A stretch of DNA of 64,000 bases, from assembly GCA_025757685.1 (NCBI GenBank), contig CP107220.1, positions 830,124 through 894,123 of the forward strand. Direction: 5' to 3'. Under the pieces are notes generated by a model. That model was not told where the DNA came from and did not search any database. It worked only from the letters and a program-made list of their open reading frames with translations. Position numbers and translations under genes: made by a program. Positions 20,139-28,117 of the stretch are shown piece after piece. The stretch's first letter is position 1. Every line of letters starts with the position of its first letter. Origin of the DNA: Oscillospiraceae bacterium. Its GTDB lineage: Bacteria; Bacillota; Clostridia; Oscillospirales; Acutalibacteraceae.

Positions 20139-22205
20139 ATGAACTACGATTTATTGTTTTCTCCCGCCAAAATCGGCAATGTGACGGTAAAGAACCGGAT
20201 TATTATGGAGCCGATGTGCCTTGGCTTCGGTCAATTTGACGGTCGGGCCACGGATACCATGATGGACTATTACGAAGAGCGGGCCAAGGGCGGCGTAGGA
20301 CTGATCTTTACAGAGATTACCCGTGTCAACGATATGACCGGTGCGTCCTCCTTCGGTCAACTGGGCATGAGTCATGATTACCAAATTGACTCCCTGCGCA
20401 CCATGGCACAACGGGTACACCGTCACGGCACCAAATTGATGGTGGAGCTGCACCACCCGGGGCGGCAAAATCTGGGGCTGATGGTGGGCACACTGCCTAT
20501 TTGCGTAGCCGGCGACCGCTTCCTCGGGTCCGCTTATGCCAAGCTGCTGTACGGCAGTGTAATCCCTCCCGGTAAGAAGTTGCAGGATAAGGACATTGTG
20601 CCCCGCACCGTGGCACCCAGCCGATGCGAAAAAAGCAAAATGAGCGAAAGCGTCAACCGTGGTCTGTCCCACCGGGGTGTGCAGCGGCTGATCATGCAGT
20701 TTATTGAAGCTGCACAAAGAGTAAAGAAAGCCGGCTGTGACGGTGTGGAACTCCACGCCGCCCATGGCTATCTCATTCAGCAATTCCTGTCACCGAATAC
20801 CAACCGGAGAACGGACGAATACGGCGGTTCTCTGGAGAACAGAATGCGTTTTTTGACGGAGATCATTGACGGCATTCGCATCACCTGCGGGCGGGATTTC
20901 CCCATTGTGGTGCGTCTGTCGGTAGATGAGATGTACGATCGCATCGGCCAGCCCGGCAAGGGCTACGGCTTGGAAGAGGGCCTGCAAATGGCCAAAATTC
21001 TGTCTGACAAGCGCATTGACGCCATTGACGTGTCATCTGCGTGCTACGATACATTCAATTACTGGCTGGAGCCGGTAACTTTCCCTTGCGGTTGGCGCAA
21101 GCACCTGGCCCAAGCGGTCAAAGAAGTGGTGAACATTCCTGTGATTGCCGCCAATTTGATTCGCACCCCGGAGCAAGCGGAAGAACAGCTTGCACAAGGT
21201 ATTCAGGACTTTGTAGGTCTTGGCCGTCCCTTGATTGCTGATCCATACTGGGCAGACAAGGCAGAGCAGGGGAAGGCTGGTGAAATTCGCCACTGTATCA
21301 ACTGCCTATACTGCTTTGAGAGTATGATGGAGGGTGCCTATAAAGGCGAGCACGGTCATTGCTCCGTGAACCCGTTTGTAGGCCGAGAGCGCACAATGTT
21401 GGAACAAAACGGCAATGGGCGCAAGGTGGTTATTGTCGGTGCCGGACCTGCGGGTCTGACGGCAGCGGAACTGCTGGCTCGCCGGGGATTTGATGTGACC
21501 GTACTGGAAAAAGCCAAAACCCCCGGCGGTCAGGTACTGTTGGCAGCCAAGCCGCCCCATAAGGAGCGCATGACCTGGTGCACGGAGGATTTGACTACCC
21601 TCGCGCAGGCAGCGGGTGCGGAAATTCGCACCCAGGTAGAAGCGACAGAAGAAATCATTGCCGCTTATGATCCTTACGCTGTGATCTGTGCCACCGGCGG
21701 CAGCGCCGTACACCCAAAGGCTTTCAGCGGCGAAAATGTGTGTACGGTGACGGATATTCTCACCGGCAATGTGAAAGTGAAAGACAAAAAGGTGGCGGTG
21801 ATCGGCTCCGGCATGACCGGACTGGAAACCTCCGAGCTGCTGGTAAGCCAAGGCAATCATGTGACCATTGTGGAAATGGCGCCCCGCATTGCACCCGGTG
21901 CATACTTCCAGCACGTGGACGATGTGCTACCTAAGTTACAGGCGGCACGCACTGTCTTTATGGTGGGACAAAAACTGCTAGCCGTTCATCCGGACAGCAT
22001 TGAACTGGAAAATGTGGACACCGGCAGCAAAACCATGGTGCCTTGCGACCTGGTGGTGCTCTCTTTGGGCGTGCGCCCGGAGAACGGCTTGTATGAAAGC
22101 ATTAAGAGCAGCTTCAGCCGTGTATATAACATCGGCGACAGCAACAAAATCGGCCGAATCCACAACGCCACAGAAGCCGCCTACCAATTGGCAATGTCCC
22201 TGTAA
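20139..22205 (+). CDS. NADH:flavin oxidoreductase (OYE-like) fused to an FAD/NAD(P)-binding domain (2,4-dienoyl-CoA/enoate reductase family)
   Basis: OYE-type N-terminus (NRIIMEPM, ELHAAHGYLIQQFLSP), a Cys cluster (CINCLYC), and the dinucleotide motifs VVIVGAGPAGL and VAVIGSGMTG. The start was moved to the ATG at 20139. Confidence 0.8.
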   Translation: MNYDLLFSPAKIGNVTVKNRIIMEPMCLGFGQFDGRATDTMMDYYEERAKGGVGLIFTEITRVNDMTGASSFGQLGMSHDYQIDSLRTMAQRVHRHGTKLMVELHHPGRQNLGLMVGTLPICVAGDRFLGSAYAKLLYGSVIPPGKKLQDKDIVPRTVAPSRCEKSKMSESVNRGLSHRGVQRLIMQFIEAAQRVKKAGCDGVELHAAHGYLIQQFLSPNTNRRTDEYGGSLENRMRFLTEIIDGIRITCGRDFPIVVRLSVDEMYDRIGQPGKGYGLEEGLQMAKILSDKRIDAIDVSSACYDTFNYWLEPVTFPCGWRKHLAQAVKEVVNIPVIAANLIRTPEQAEEQLAQGIQDFVGLGRPLIADPYWADKAEQGKAGEIRHCINCLYCFESMMEGAYKGEHGHCSVNPFVGRERTMLEQNGNGRKVVIVGAGPAGLTAAELLARRGFDVTVLEKAKTPGGQVLLAAKPPHKERMTWCTEDLTTLAQAAGAEIRTQVEATEEIIAAYDPYAVICATGGSAVHPKAFSGENVCTVTDILTGNVKVKDKKVAVIGSGMTGLETSELLVSQGNHVTIVEMAPRIAPGAYFQHVDDVLPKLQAARTVFMVGQKLLAVHPDSIELENVDTGSKTMVPCDLVVLSLGVRPENGLYESIKSSFSRVYNIGDSNKIGRIHNATEAAYQLAMSL

Positions 22206-22220
22206 ATCACATAAAAAATG

Positions 22221-22250
22221 ACCCCGAACCACTCCGGTTCGGGGTTTTCT
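22221..22250. terminator. Bidirectional intrinsic terminator
   Basis: ACCCCGAACC / GGTTCGGGGT stem flanked by an A-run and a T-run, between convergent genes. Confidence 0.75.
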
Positions 22251-22254
22251 TGCT

Positions 22255-23319
22255 TTACAGCACGATTAGTTTTTTGGTCACATTGGATAAGTTCTCTCGG
22301 CCGTTGGGGGACAGGTAGAGCACGTCTTCAATGCGGATGCCGAATTTGTCCGGCAAATAGATACCAGGCTCCATAGAGGTCACATTGCCGGTTTGGTACA
22401 CATCCCCGCTGCGGGGCGAGGCGTTATAACCTTCGTGTATTTCCAGCCCCACGCCGTGCCCCAGGGAGTGGCGGAAATATTGCGCCTTATCCTCCGCTGC
22501 CAGTACATCGTAGGCCGCTTGGTACACCTCTTTGCAGGGCACGCCGGCGTGCAGCGCCTGAATACCTGCCAGCTGCGCGCGGAGCACCAGGTCATAAGCC
22601 GCCTGCATTTCTGCAGTGGCGCTGCCCACGGCCACTGTGCGGGTCATATCCGAATGGTAGCCCCGGTAGGTGGCGCCAAAGTCAAACAGCACAAAGTCGC
22701 CCTTTTGCACCTCCCGATTCTCCGGCACACCGTGTGGCATGGAGGTATGGGCGCCGGTCAGGAGAATGGTGTCAAAACTGACGCCGTCCGAGCCGCCCAG
22801 CGCCATTAGATAGTCAAACCGGGCAGCCAGTTCCTTTTCCGTTTTGCCGGGCTTTACATCGTTAAGAAGCTCTAAAAACGCCTTTTCCGCAATGCGGTTG
22901 GCGGTTTTCATTAGATCGATCTCCCACGGCTCTTTTACATTGCGCAGATCCATCACACCGTTGCCGACAGGGCGCAATTCGCCGCTGAAAATGCCTTGCA
23001 GCTGCGTGTACTGCCGGTAAGCAATGGTACGGTCCTCAAACAGCAAAATCTTGCAGTCGATTTTTGCCAGCAGGGCGTTCAGTTCGTCCCAAAAGCCGGT
23101 GGTAATCTCCGTCACCTGCACGTCGGTGTCCGCCGCGTGGAGCCGGGCGGTCTCCGTATAGCGAGAGTCTACCAGCTGGTACACAGCCGTTGGCGTCACC
23201 AAAATCATGCCCTCGCTGGGGGAAAAGCCGCACACATAGTGCATATTGGCTTCATCCAGCAGCAGCAACGCGTCTGCACCGGCCGTTTTTACATAATTCA
23301 TCATTTTTTTCGTATGCAT
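22255..23319 (-). CDS. Xaa-Pro aminopeptidase/dipeptidase (M24B)
   Basis: Creatinase-like N-terminal domain and M24 metal ligands (HSLGHGVGLEIHE, IEDV). An AGGTGA RBS lies 4 nt before the ATG at 23319. Confidence 0.8.
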   Translation of the reverse strand: MHTKKMMNYVKTAGADALLLLDEANMHYVCGFSPSEGMILVTPTAVYQLVDSRYTETARLHAADTDVQVTEITTGFWDELNALLAKIDCKILLFEDRTIAYRQYTQLQGIFSGELRPVGNGVMDLRNVKEPWEIDLMKTANRIAEKAFLELLNDVKPGKTEKELAARFDYLMALGGSDGVSFDTILLTGAHTSMPHGVPENREVQKGDFVLFDFGATYRGYHSDMTRTVAVGSATAEMQAAYDLVLRAQLAGIQALHAGVPCKEVYQAAYDVLAAEDKAQYFRHSLGHGVGLEIHEGYNASPRSGDVYQTGNVTSMEPGIYLPDKFGIRIEDVLYLSPNGRENLSNVTKKLIVL

Positions 23320-23465
23320 AATATCACCTACACAATAGGATAGCACAGATTTTTTACTTGTCAATTCCAAATTTTTGTCTTATTTGTTTCTTTAGTATTG
23401 ACAAGGCGGGCGGGGGTGTGCTATCGTTCCTTTGTAACAAAATCTTATCACTTCCGGGGGTAGTT

Positions 23466-24950
23466 ATGGAAAAGTATTTGATCAATCCCAACCAGCGGAT
23501 CGCCACCATCAGCAAGGACATTTACGGCCATTTCAGCGAGCATTTGGGTCGCTGCATTTATGACGGCATTTTTGTAGGCAAAGACTCTAAAATTCCCAAC
23601 GTGAACGGTATGCGCACCGATGTGGTCACGGCGCTGAAAGACATGGGCATTCCTGTGCTGCGCTGGCCCGGCGGCTGCTTTGCCGACGAGTACCACTGGA
23701 CGGACGGTATCGGCGAACAGAAGGATCGTAAAAAGATGATCAACACCCACTGGGGCGGTGTGGTGGAGGACAACTCCTTTGGCACCCACGAGTATTTTGA
23801 GCTCATCCGCCAGCTGGGGTGTGACGCTTATGTAAACGGCAATGTAGGCTCCGGCTCCGTGCGGGAGATGAACGAGTGGGTCGAATATATGACCTTTGAC
23901 GGCGTATCACCTATGGCGGACCTGCGGAAAAAGAATGGTGCCGATAAGCCCTGGAAGCTGCGCTACTTTGGCGTTGGCAACGAGAGCTGGGGCTGCGGCG
24001 GCCACATGAACGGCGATTACTATGCGGACGAGTTCCGCCGCTACAACACTTATGTGCGGGATTATACTGCCGGTGAGCATATTTACCGTGTGGCCTGCGG
24101 TCCCAATGCTTTTGACTTCAAATGGACGGAGCAGGTGATGCGCAAGGTGCCCGGCCAGGCGGACGGTCTGTCGCTCCACTACTACACCGTACCTTATAAT
24201 TGGGATCACAAAGGCTCTGCCACAGAGTTTAATTTGAAAGATTATGACCGTACGGTGGCCAAGGCCTACCGTATGGAGGAGCTGGTTCGCCGCCATACAG
24301 AGATTATGAATGCCCTGGACCCCCAAAAGCGGGTGGATCTGATCGTAGACGAATGGGGTACCTGGTTTGATGTGGAACCGGGCACCAATCCGGGCTTTCT
24401 GTACCAACTAAACACCATGCGAGACGCTATGGTGGCTGCGCTGACTTTGAATATTTTCAACAAGCACGCTGACCGGGTACAGATGGCGAATATTGCGCAG
24501 ACGGTGAATGTACTGCAAGCAGTGATCCTAACCGAAGGGGACAAGATGGTGTTGACCCCCACATACCATGTGTTTAAGATGTATAAGGACCACCAACAAA
24601 ACACATTGATCGGCTCCTACCTTACCAACAGCAATACCGTAGAGTGCGAGGAGTGCAGTGCACCCCAGATGATCGAGTCCGCCTCTGTGGACGAGAACGG
24701 CGCCATTTACGCCACGGTCACCAACATCAGCGCCACCAAAAAGGCCAAGATCAAGTGTCAGATCGCCGATACCAAAGTTTCTACCTTACATGCCGAAATT
24801 CTTACCGGAGATATGCACGACAAAAATGACTTTTCCAACCCGGGCGCGGTTCAGGTGCGTCCCTTTGACGGTGTACGTAAGCTGTCCGATGGTTTTGTAG
24901 CTGAACTGCCCCCTTGCAGTGTAGTAAAGTTCGTTATAAACGAAAAATAA
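23466..24950 (+). CDS. Alpha-L-arabinofuranosidase, GH51
   Basis: [14 protein letters not shown] and [11 protein letters not shown] motifs. The start was moved to the ATG at 23466. Confidence 0.85.
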   Translation: MEKYLINPNQRIATISKDIYGHFSEHLGRCIYDGIFVGKDSKIPNVNGMRTDVVTALKDMGIPVLRWPGGCFADEYHWTDGIGEQKDRKKMINTHWGGVVEDNSFGTHEYFELIRQLGCDAYVNGNVGSGSVREMNEWVEYMTFDGVSPMADLRKKNGADKPWKLRYFGVGNESWGCGGHMNGDYYADEFRRYNTYVRDYTAGEHIYRVACGPNAFDFKWTEQVMRKVPGQADGLSLHYYTVPYNWDHKGSATEFNLKDYDRTVAKAYRMEELVRRHTEIMNALDPQKRVDLIVDEWGTWFDVEPGTNPGFLYQLNTMRDAMVAALTLNIFNKHADRVQMANIAQTVNVLQAVILTEGDKMVLTPTYHVFKMYKDHQQNTLIGSYLTNSNTVECEECSAPQMIESASVDENGAIYATVTNISATKKAKIKCQIADTKVSTLHAEILTGDMHDKNDFSNPGAVQVRPFDGVRKLSDGFVAELPPCSVVKFVINEK

Positions 24951-25204
24951 TGGAGGAGCTTTGCAAACGCTGTCTGCTGTATGAGGCAGGGGAACGAGCA
25001 GCCTATACACAGGTGCAAGCATATTTGGAAACCGTGCCACCGGAAGAACTGGCAAGTCCGATTGTGCGGAACAGTCGCCTAAGCCAATGCCGTCATTGCG
25101 ACCAGCTGATCGCCGGTATGTGTCGCAAATGTGGCTGCTATGTGGAGGTTCGCGCAGCACTGAAAGACAGTACTTGCCCCCATACAGAGGGCAGAATGTG
25201 GTGA
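24950..25204 (+). CDS. Small Cys-rich (zinc-ribbon-like) protein
   Basis: 84 aa with CxxC, CxxC and CxxCxC motifs. Its start overlaps the GH51 stop (TAATG). Confidence 0.45.
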   Translation: MEELCKRCLLYEAGERAAYTQVQAYLETVPPEELASPIVRNSRLSQCRHCDQLIAGMCRKCGCYVEVRAALKDSTCPHTEGRMW

Positions 25205-25255
25205 TTCACGCCGACTTGAACGAATTCAGGTCGGCTTTTTCTATGGGCTGCTTGA

Positions 25256-26536
25256 ATGAAACGCCTTTTCCTTGCCCATACTTTGGGTATGAGATTTTAT
25301 GAAAAGAGCGGACGATGGCTGCAAGCTCTATGGGGCGCGTTCTGCGTTGTGGCTGTCCTATTGGCCCTTTGCCAGTTGCTGCAGATCAGCGAGGATTTAT
25401 GGAATCATCCATGGAGCAGCATAGCTGCAACCTTTGCCAGACAGGCGGAAAAAATGGCGCCTTATTTAATTGCCTTTGCTTTGCCGTATCATCTGTTACC
25501 AGGGAGTCGCACCAAGTGCGGGGTGTGGAGCGCCCTGAGTTACGGCCTGTTTACTGCTTTGTTTACCGCTGTTACGAACAGCGAACCAGGATTACTGTGG
25601 CCGATCCTGTTGGGTCTGGCGACGGTGCTATGCGTAGATAGAGTAGGGGAGAAGCAAGGGCTATTGCTGCTGCCCGTGATGACGCTGGCGCTTGCCGGTC
25701 TCTTGGGTGCTGCGCACGGTTATTATGAGAATGCGCTCCTGTGGCTGCTGGGTAAGCTAGGGAGTAGTACCGCCGTTTCCGGCGTAGTCTTCGGCGTCTT
25801 GAATACACTTTTGCGCCCGTTGTCCGGGGCGTTTGAACAGCCGGTGTATCTGCACAGCGCCGGTGGCGCCGTGTGGTTGGACGACCAGATCTTAACCGGC
25901 GCCAAGAACATTTTTGCCGCCAAGCCGGATAGTTTGGCAACCGCGCTATTTTTGTCCGGCAAAGGGCTGCAACTGTTCTTGTTGCCCGGGTTTGCATTAA
26001 CTCTGGCCGACTGCGGCAAGACGCGCAGCAAAGCCGCACTGGCGCTGTTCATCGCCGGGTGTGTACTCAGCGGTCATACGGAACTTTTTACCTTATTTTT
26101 GGCGCTGGAAAGTCCGTTTTTGCTGCTGGCCTTTGCCGGACTGACCGGCGGATGCTATTTGGTGTCTGTGCTGCTGGGTCTCCACTGGGGATTTTTGCAG
26201 AATGGGGGAATCGTGGAGTTTCTCCTGCACAACAGCAGCGGCGCACTGCCGTATCTTTTGGGCGTGACATTTTGCGTGCTGGCATATTTTGTCAGCCGGT
26301 ACACCGTGGTACGCTACGGCATTGCGGAACACAGCTGCGTTTGGCTGCCGAAAGATCTGCGCCCACTGGTACAGGAACTGGGCGGTCTACAAAACATTCT
26401 TGCCATTGAAAATGATGGTGTGCAGGTGCGCAATAGCAAGCGAGTAAACACTTTGCTCCTGGAGGGAGAACTGAAGGAAGATCGCTTTATAACCGATGAT
26501 CCGCAGATACAGACACTAAAAGAATATCTGCTGTAA
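25256..26536 (+). CDS. PTS EIIC-like membrane protein with a degenerate C-terminal EIIB-like segment
   Basis: Multi-TM. GHTELFTLFLALESPFLLLAFAGLTG lines up with the glucose-family GITEP...LTG motif. The C-terminal LGGLQNILAIENDGVQVRN resembles the EIIB LGGKENI..C.TRLR motif but lacks the Cys. Confidence 0.5.
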   Translation: MKRLFLAHTLGMRFYEKSGRWLQALWGAFCVVAVLLALCQLLQISEDLWNHPWSSIAATFARQAEKMAPYLIAFALPYHLLPGSRTKCGVWSALSYGLFTALFTAVTNSEPGLLWPILLGLATVLCVDRVGEKQGLLLLPVMTLALAGLLGAAHGYYENALLWLLGKLGSSTAVSGVVFGVLNTLLRPLSGAFEQPVYLHSAGGAVWLDDQILTGAKNIFAAKPDSLATALFLSGKGLQLFLLPGFALTLADCGKTRSKAALALFIAGCVLSGHTELFTLFLALESPFLLLAFAGLTGGCYLVSVLLGLHWGFLQNGGIVEFLLHNSSGALPYLLGVTFCVLAYFVSRYTVVRYGIAEHSCVWLPKDLRPLVQELGGLQNILAIENDGVQVRNSKRVNTLLLEGELKEDRFITDDPQIQTLKEYLL

Positions 26537-26645
26537 AGAATTTGATCTAAACAGAAAACAGCATATAAACGCCTTATCCACAGGAAAAACGCTTTTCCAT
26601 TTGAAAGGTCAGTCGGTGGCAGAAGATTCATACTCAAAAAAGAAA

Positions 26646-26684
26646 ATCGCAAAAGGCACCGATGTGGTACCTTTTGCGATTTTC
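26646..26684 (+). terminator. Intrinsic terminator after the EIIC-like gene
   Basis: 15-bp stem ATCGCAAAAGGCACC / GGTACCTTTTGCGAT with one mismatch, followed by TTT. Confidence 0.65.
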
Positions 26685-26704
26685 ATATTGTTCAGAACAG
26701 GGGC

Positions 26705-26733
26705 TTGCATTTTTCTTTTGAATTTGCTATAAT
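26705..26733 (+). promoter_or_regulatory. Junction promoter at attL (host -35, -10 inside the repeat)
   Basis: TTGCAT, a 17-nt spacer, then TGc-TATAAT at 26728-26733, reading into the prophage left end. Confidence 0.35.
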
Positions 26734-26750
26734 TATACAAAATTAATATT
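26725..26750. repeat. Left 26-bp direct repeat (attL core)
   Basis: TGCTATAATTATACAAAATTAATATT, identical to 33722-33747. Confidence 0.9.
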
Positions 26751-26760
26751 CTGCCCTCAT

Positions 26761-26798
26761 AAAATGCACAAAAGGGGAGAGCCTTGCGGCTCTGCCCC
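26761..26798 (-). terminator. Minus-strand intrinsic terminator
   Basis: On the minus strand the sequence reads GGGGcAGAGCC-gcaa-GGCTCTCCCC followed by TTTTGTGCATTTT. It lies 18 nt after the stop of the 27-codon ORF. Confidence 0.6.
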
Positions 26799-26816
26799 TC
26801 GTGTGTCAGTTGGTCG

Positions 26817-26900
26817 TTATCGGAATAGGATTTCAAACTTCCAGCTGATCTTTTTGATTGCCCTGCCTGCCAGCAGGGCTTTTATTATTGCCCGGAACAC
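26817..26900 (-). CDS. Candidate 27-aa basic amphipathic peptide
   Basis: GTG start 8 nt after a perfect AAGGAGG. The peptide is (M)FRAIIKALLAGRAIKKISWKFEILFR, and the ORF is followed by its own terminator. Confidence 0.3.
   Translation of the reverse strand: MFRAIIKALLAGRAIKKISWKFEILFR
26860..26889 (+). terminator. Plus-strand intrinsic terminator
   Basis: GCCCTGC-ctgcca-GCAGGGC followed by TTTTATTATT. No T-run follows it on the other strand. Confidence 0.6.
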
Positions 26901-27100
26901 TCTTTTCACCTCCTTGCAGTCCCAGGTAGCGAACTTGAAATTGGCAAGCGTGCGTGCGCTGTCGCTCGTCGCTTGCATAGTCCGTTGGAAGTAGGCCGGG
27001 TGCGGCAAGTCAAGGGAGAAAAGCAAAAAGTCTGCAACAAGGCATAAGGAAGAGTTTTTGCGTACCCTTTACTTGTCGTACCAGGTCTGCTATATAACAC

Positions 27101-27131
27101 AAAAGCACCCCCTCCTGGGGGTGCTTTTTTT
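27101..27131. terminator. Bidirectional intrinsic terminator
   Basis: AAAA-GCACCCCC-tcct-GGGGGTGC-TTTTTTT. Confidence 0.75.
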
Positions 27132-27143
27132 ATTATTCGGTTG

Positions 27144-27209
27144 TTATTTTAATCGTGCGTAGCAAAATGCAGCTATTAGCATTGATATAAAAATTGCTAA
27201 AGCCTTCAT
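27144..27209 (-). CDS. Candidate 21-aa hydrophobic peptide downstream of the XRE gene
   Basis: A GGAAG RBS directly follows the XRE stop codon. The peptide is MKALAIFISMLIAAFCYARLK. The bidirectional terminator follows. Confidence 0.4.
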   Translation of the reverse strand: MKALAIFISMLIAAFCYARLK

Positions 27210-27222
27210 TATTCACTTCCTT

Positions 27223-27414
27223 TCACTGTTTTCTCATATACCTGATGATTTCATCATCTGGTATCCCTAATACGGATATTGCTTTTTTTATAGTCTCTAA
27301 TGTGGTCTTGTCCTCGTCTTTCTCTATTCGTTGGTACTGTCTTGCTGAAATGCCTATCATTTCTGCCGTCTGTTCTTGTGTGTATCCTTTGTTTTGTCTG
27401 TATTCCTTTAGCAT
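27223..27414 (-). CDS. XRE-family helix-turn-helix transcriptional regulator (phage repressor-like)
   Basis: MLKEYRQNKGYTQEQTAEMIGISARQYQRIE is a typical HTH_XRE N-terminus. A GGTGA RBS lies 5 nt before the ATG at 27414. The longer GTG start at 27465 lacks an RBS. Confidence 0.8.
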   Translation of the reverse strand: MLKEYRQNKGYTQEQTAEMIGISARQYQRIEKDEDKTTLETIKKAISVLGIPDDEIIRYMRKQ

Positions 27415-27458
27415 TTTAATCACCGTATATATTCTCTCATATTGATTTAATGTGCACC

Positions 27459-27547
27459 ACGACACTGTATGTCGTTTATTTTGAATTTTCTATTGACATT
27501 TGATGTCGTGTCTGTTAATAATGAATTGTAACGACACGATGTGTCGT
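27459..27547. promoter_or_regulatory. Divergent control region with three ACGACA/TGTCGT operator-like sites and a forward promoter
   Basis: ACGACA-N5-TGTCGT lies at 27459-27475. A TGTCGT half-site at 27504-27509 lies inside the promoter spacer. A perfect ACGACAC-GAT-GTGTCGT lies at 27531-27547. The promoter is TTGACA (27493-27498), a 17-nt spacer, then TAATAA (27516-27521). Confidence 0.55.
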
Positions 27548-27891
27548 ACTGCTGGAGTGATCCAGTACATGGCCGCCTCCGGGGAAGCCCCTATCTTCCC
27601 CGGGTGTTCGGCTTAGGAGGTGGTTTTATCCTTAGTCAGTATGATATAGAAACTGTAAAGGCGTTGCGTGATAGGGAGTGTTACCGTCTTGCACTTGATA
27701 TGTGCATTGACTTGTATAGTGACCTTTCGGTTACGCATGAAGTGGCTTTTAAGTTTCTGAGTGATAATGGCTTGCTTACTCATTGTTATAGGGACTTTGA
27801 GTTAGTACAGTTACAAGATAATGCCGAAAAGTGGCAATCAATTCTTAATTCATTCGATTTTGGAGGTTGTAAAAATGGTAGCAACGATTAA
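27541..27891 (+). CDS. Hypothetical phage protein (start uncertain)
   Basis: The open frame runs from a GTG inside the operator palindrome. The first 75 nt or so are GC-rich hairpins. The only strong RBS (AGGAGG, 27615-27620) precedes an in-frame ATC at 27628. Confidence 0.4.
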   Translation: MSYCWSDPVHGRLRGSPYLPRVFGLGGGFILSQYDIETVKALRDRECYRLALDMCIDLYSDLSVTHEVAFKFLSDNGLLTHCYRDFELVQLQDNAEKWQSILNSFDFGGCKNGSND

Positions 27892-28096
27892 AGGACAGTT
27901 CCTGGAGCAGGGTACATTTAACCGAAAGACCGGCGAAACGGTCGCGTATAGTGAGGTTTTGTGTGAGGATAATACGGTGGTGCAAATCAACGACTATATC
28001 CCGCCTGCCGGTACAAAGAAGTTTGATCCGGTCAATATCCGGGTAAAAATTCATTCAACAAAATTCGGCTTGCTGATCCGTAACGCGGATAAGTAA
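27875..28096 (+). CDS. Small phage protein, positional candidate for an ssDNA-binding (gV-like) protein
   Basis: 73 aa with a GGAGG RBS 7 nt upstream. It is soluble and beta-rich-looking and sits early in the operon. The function is inferred only from size and position. Confidence 0.45.
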   Translation: MVATIKGQFLEQGTFNRKTGETVAYSEVLCEDNTVVQINDYIPPAGTKKFDPVNIRVKIHSTKFGLLIRNADK

Positions 28097-28117
28097 TATA
28101 CCACCATAGTAAAGGAA

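Larger units (their letters stand above)
26740..26889 (+). ncRNA. Candidate small RNA of about 150 nt, antisense to the small ORF at 26817-26900
   Basis: It is delimited by the junction promoter upstream and a plus-strand-only intrinsic terminator at 26860-26889. No coding potential with an RBS is visible on this strand. Confidence 0.3.

Noticed and set aside
26764-27100. Three overlapping tracked ORFs of 64-76 aa (26764-26994 on +, 26817-27026 on -, 26906-27100 on -) in the phage left end.
   Set aside because: None has an RBS at its annotated start, and all are crossed by terminator hairpins. Only the last 27 codons of the 26817-27026 ORF are preceded by a strong RBS, and I report that part separately at low confidence.
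26537-27130. A tRNA, tmRNA, SRP RNA or RNase P RNA as the integration target or occupant of this hairpin-rich region.
   Set aside because: I found no cloverleaf, no tmRNA tag frame, no GAGGAAAGTCC-type RNase P motif and no SRP domain IV motif by eye. An Infernal scan would be needed to be certain.
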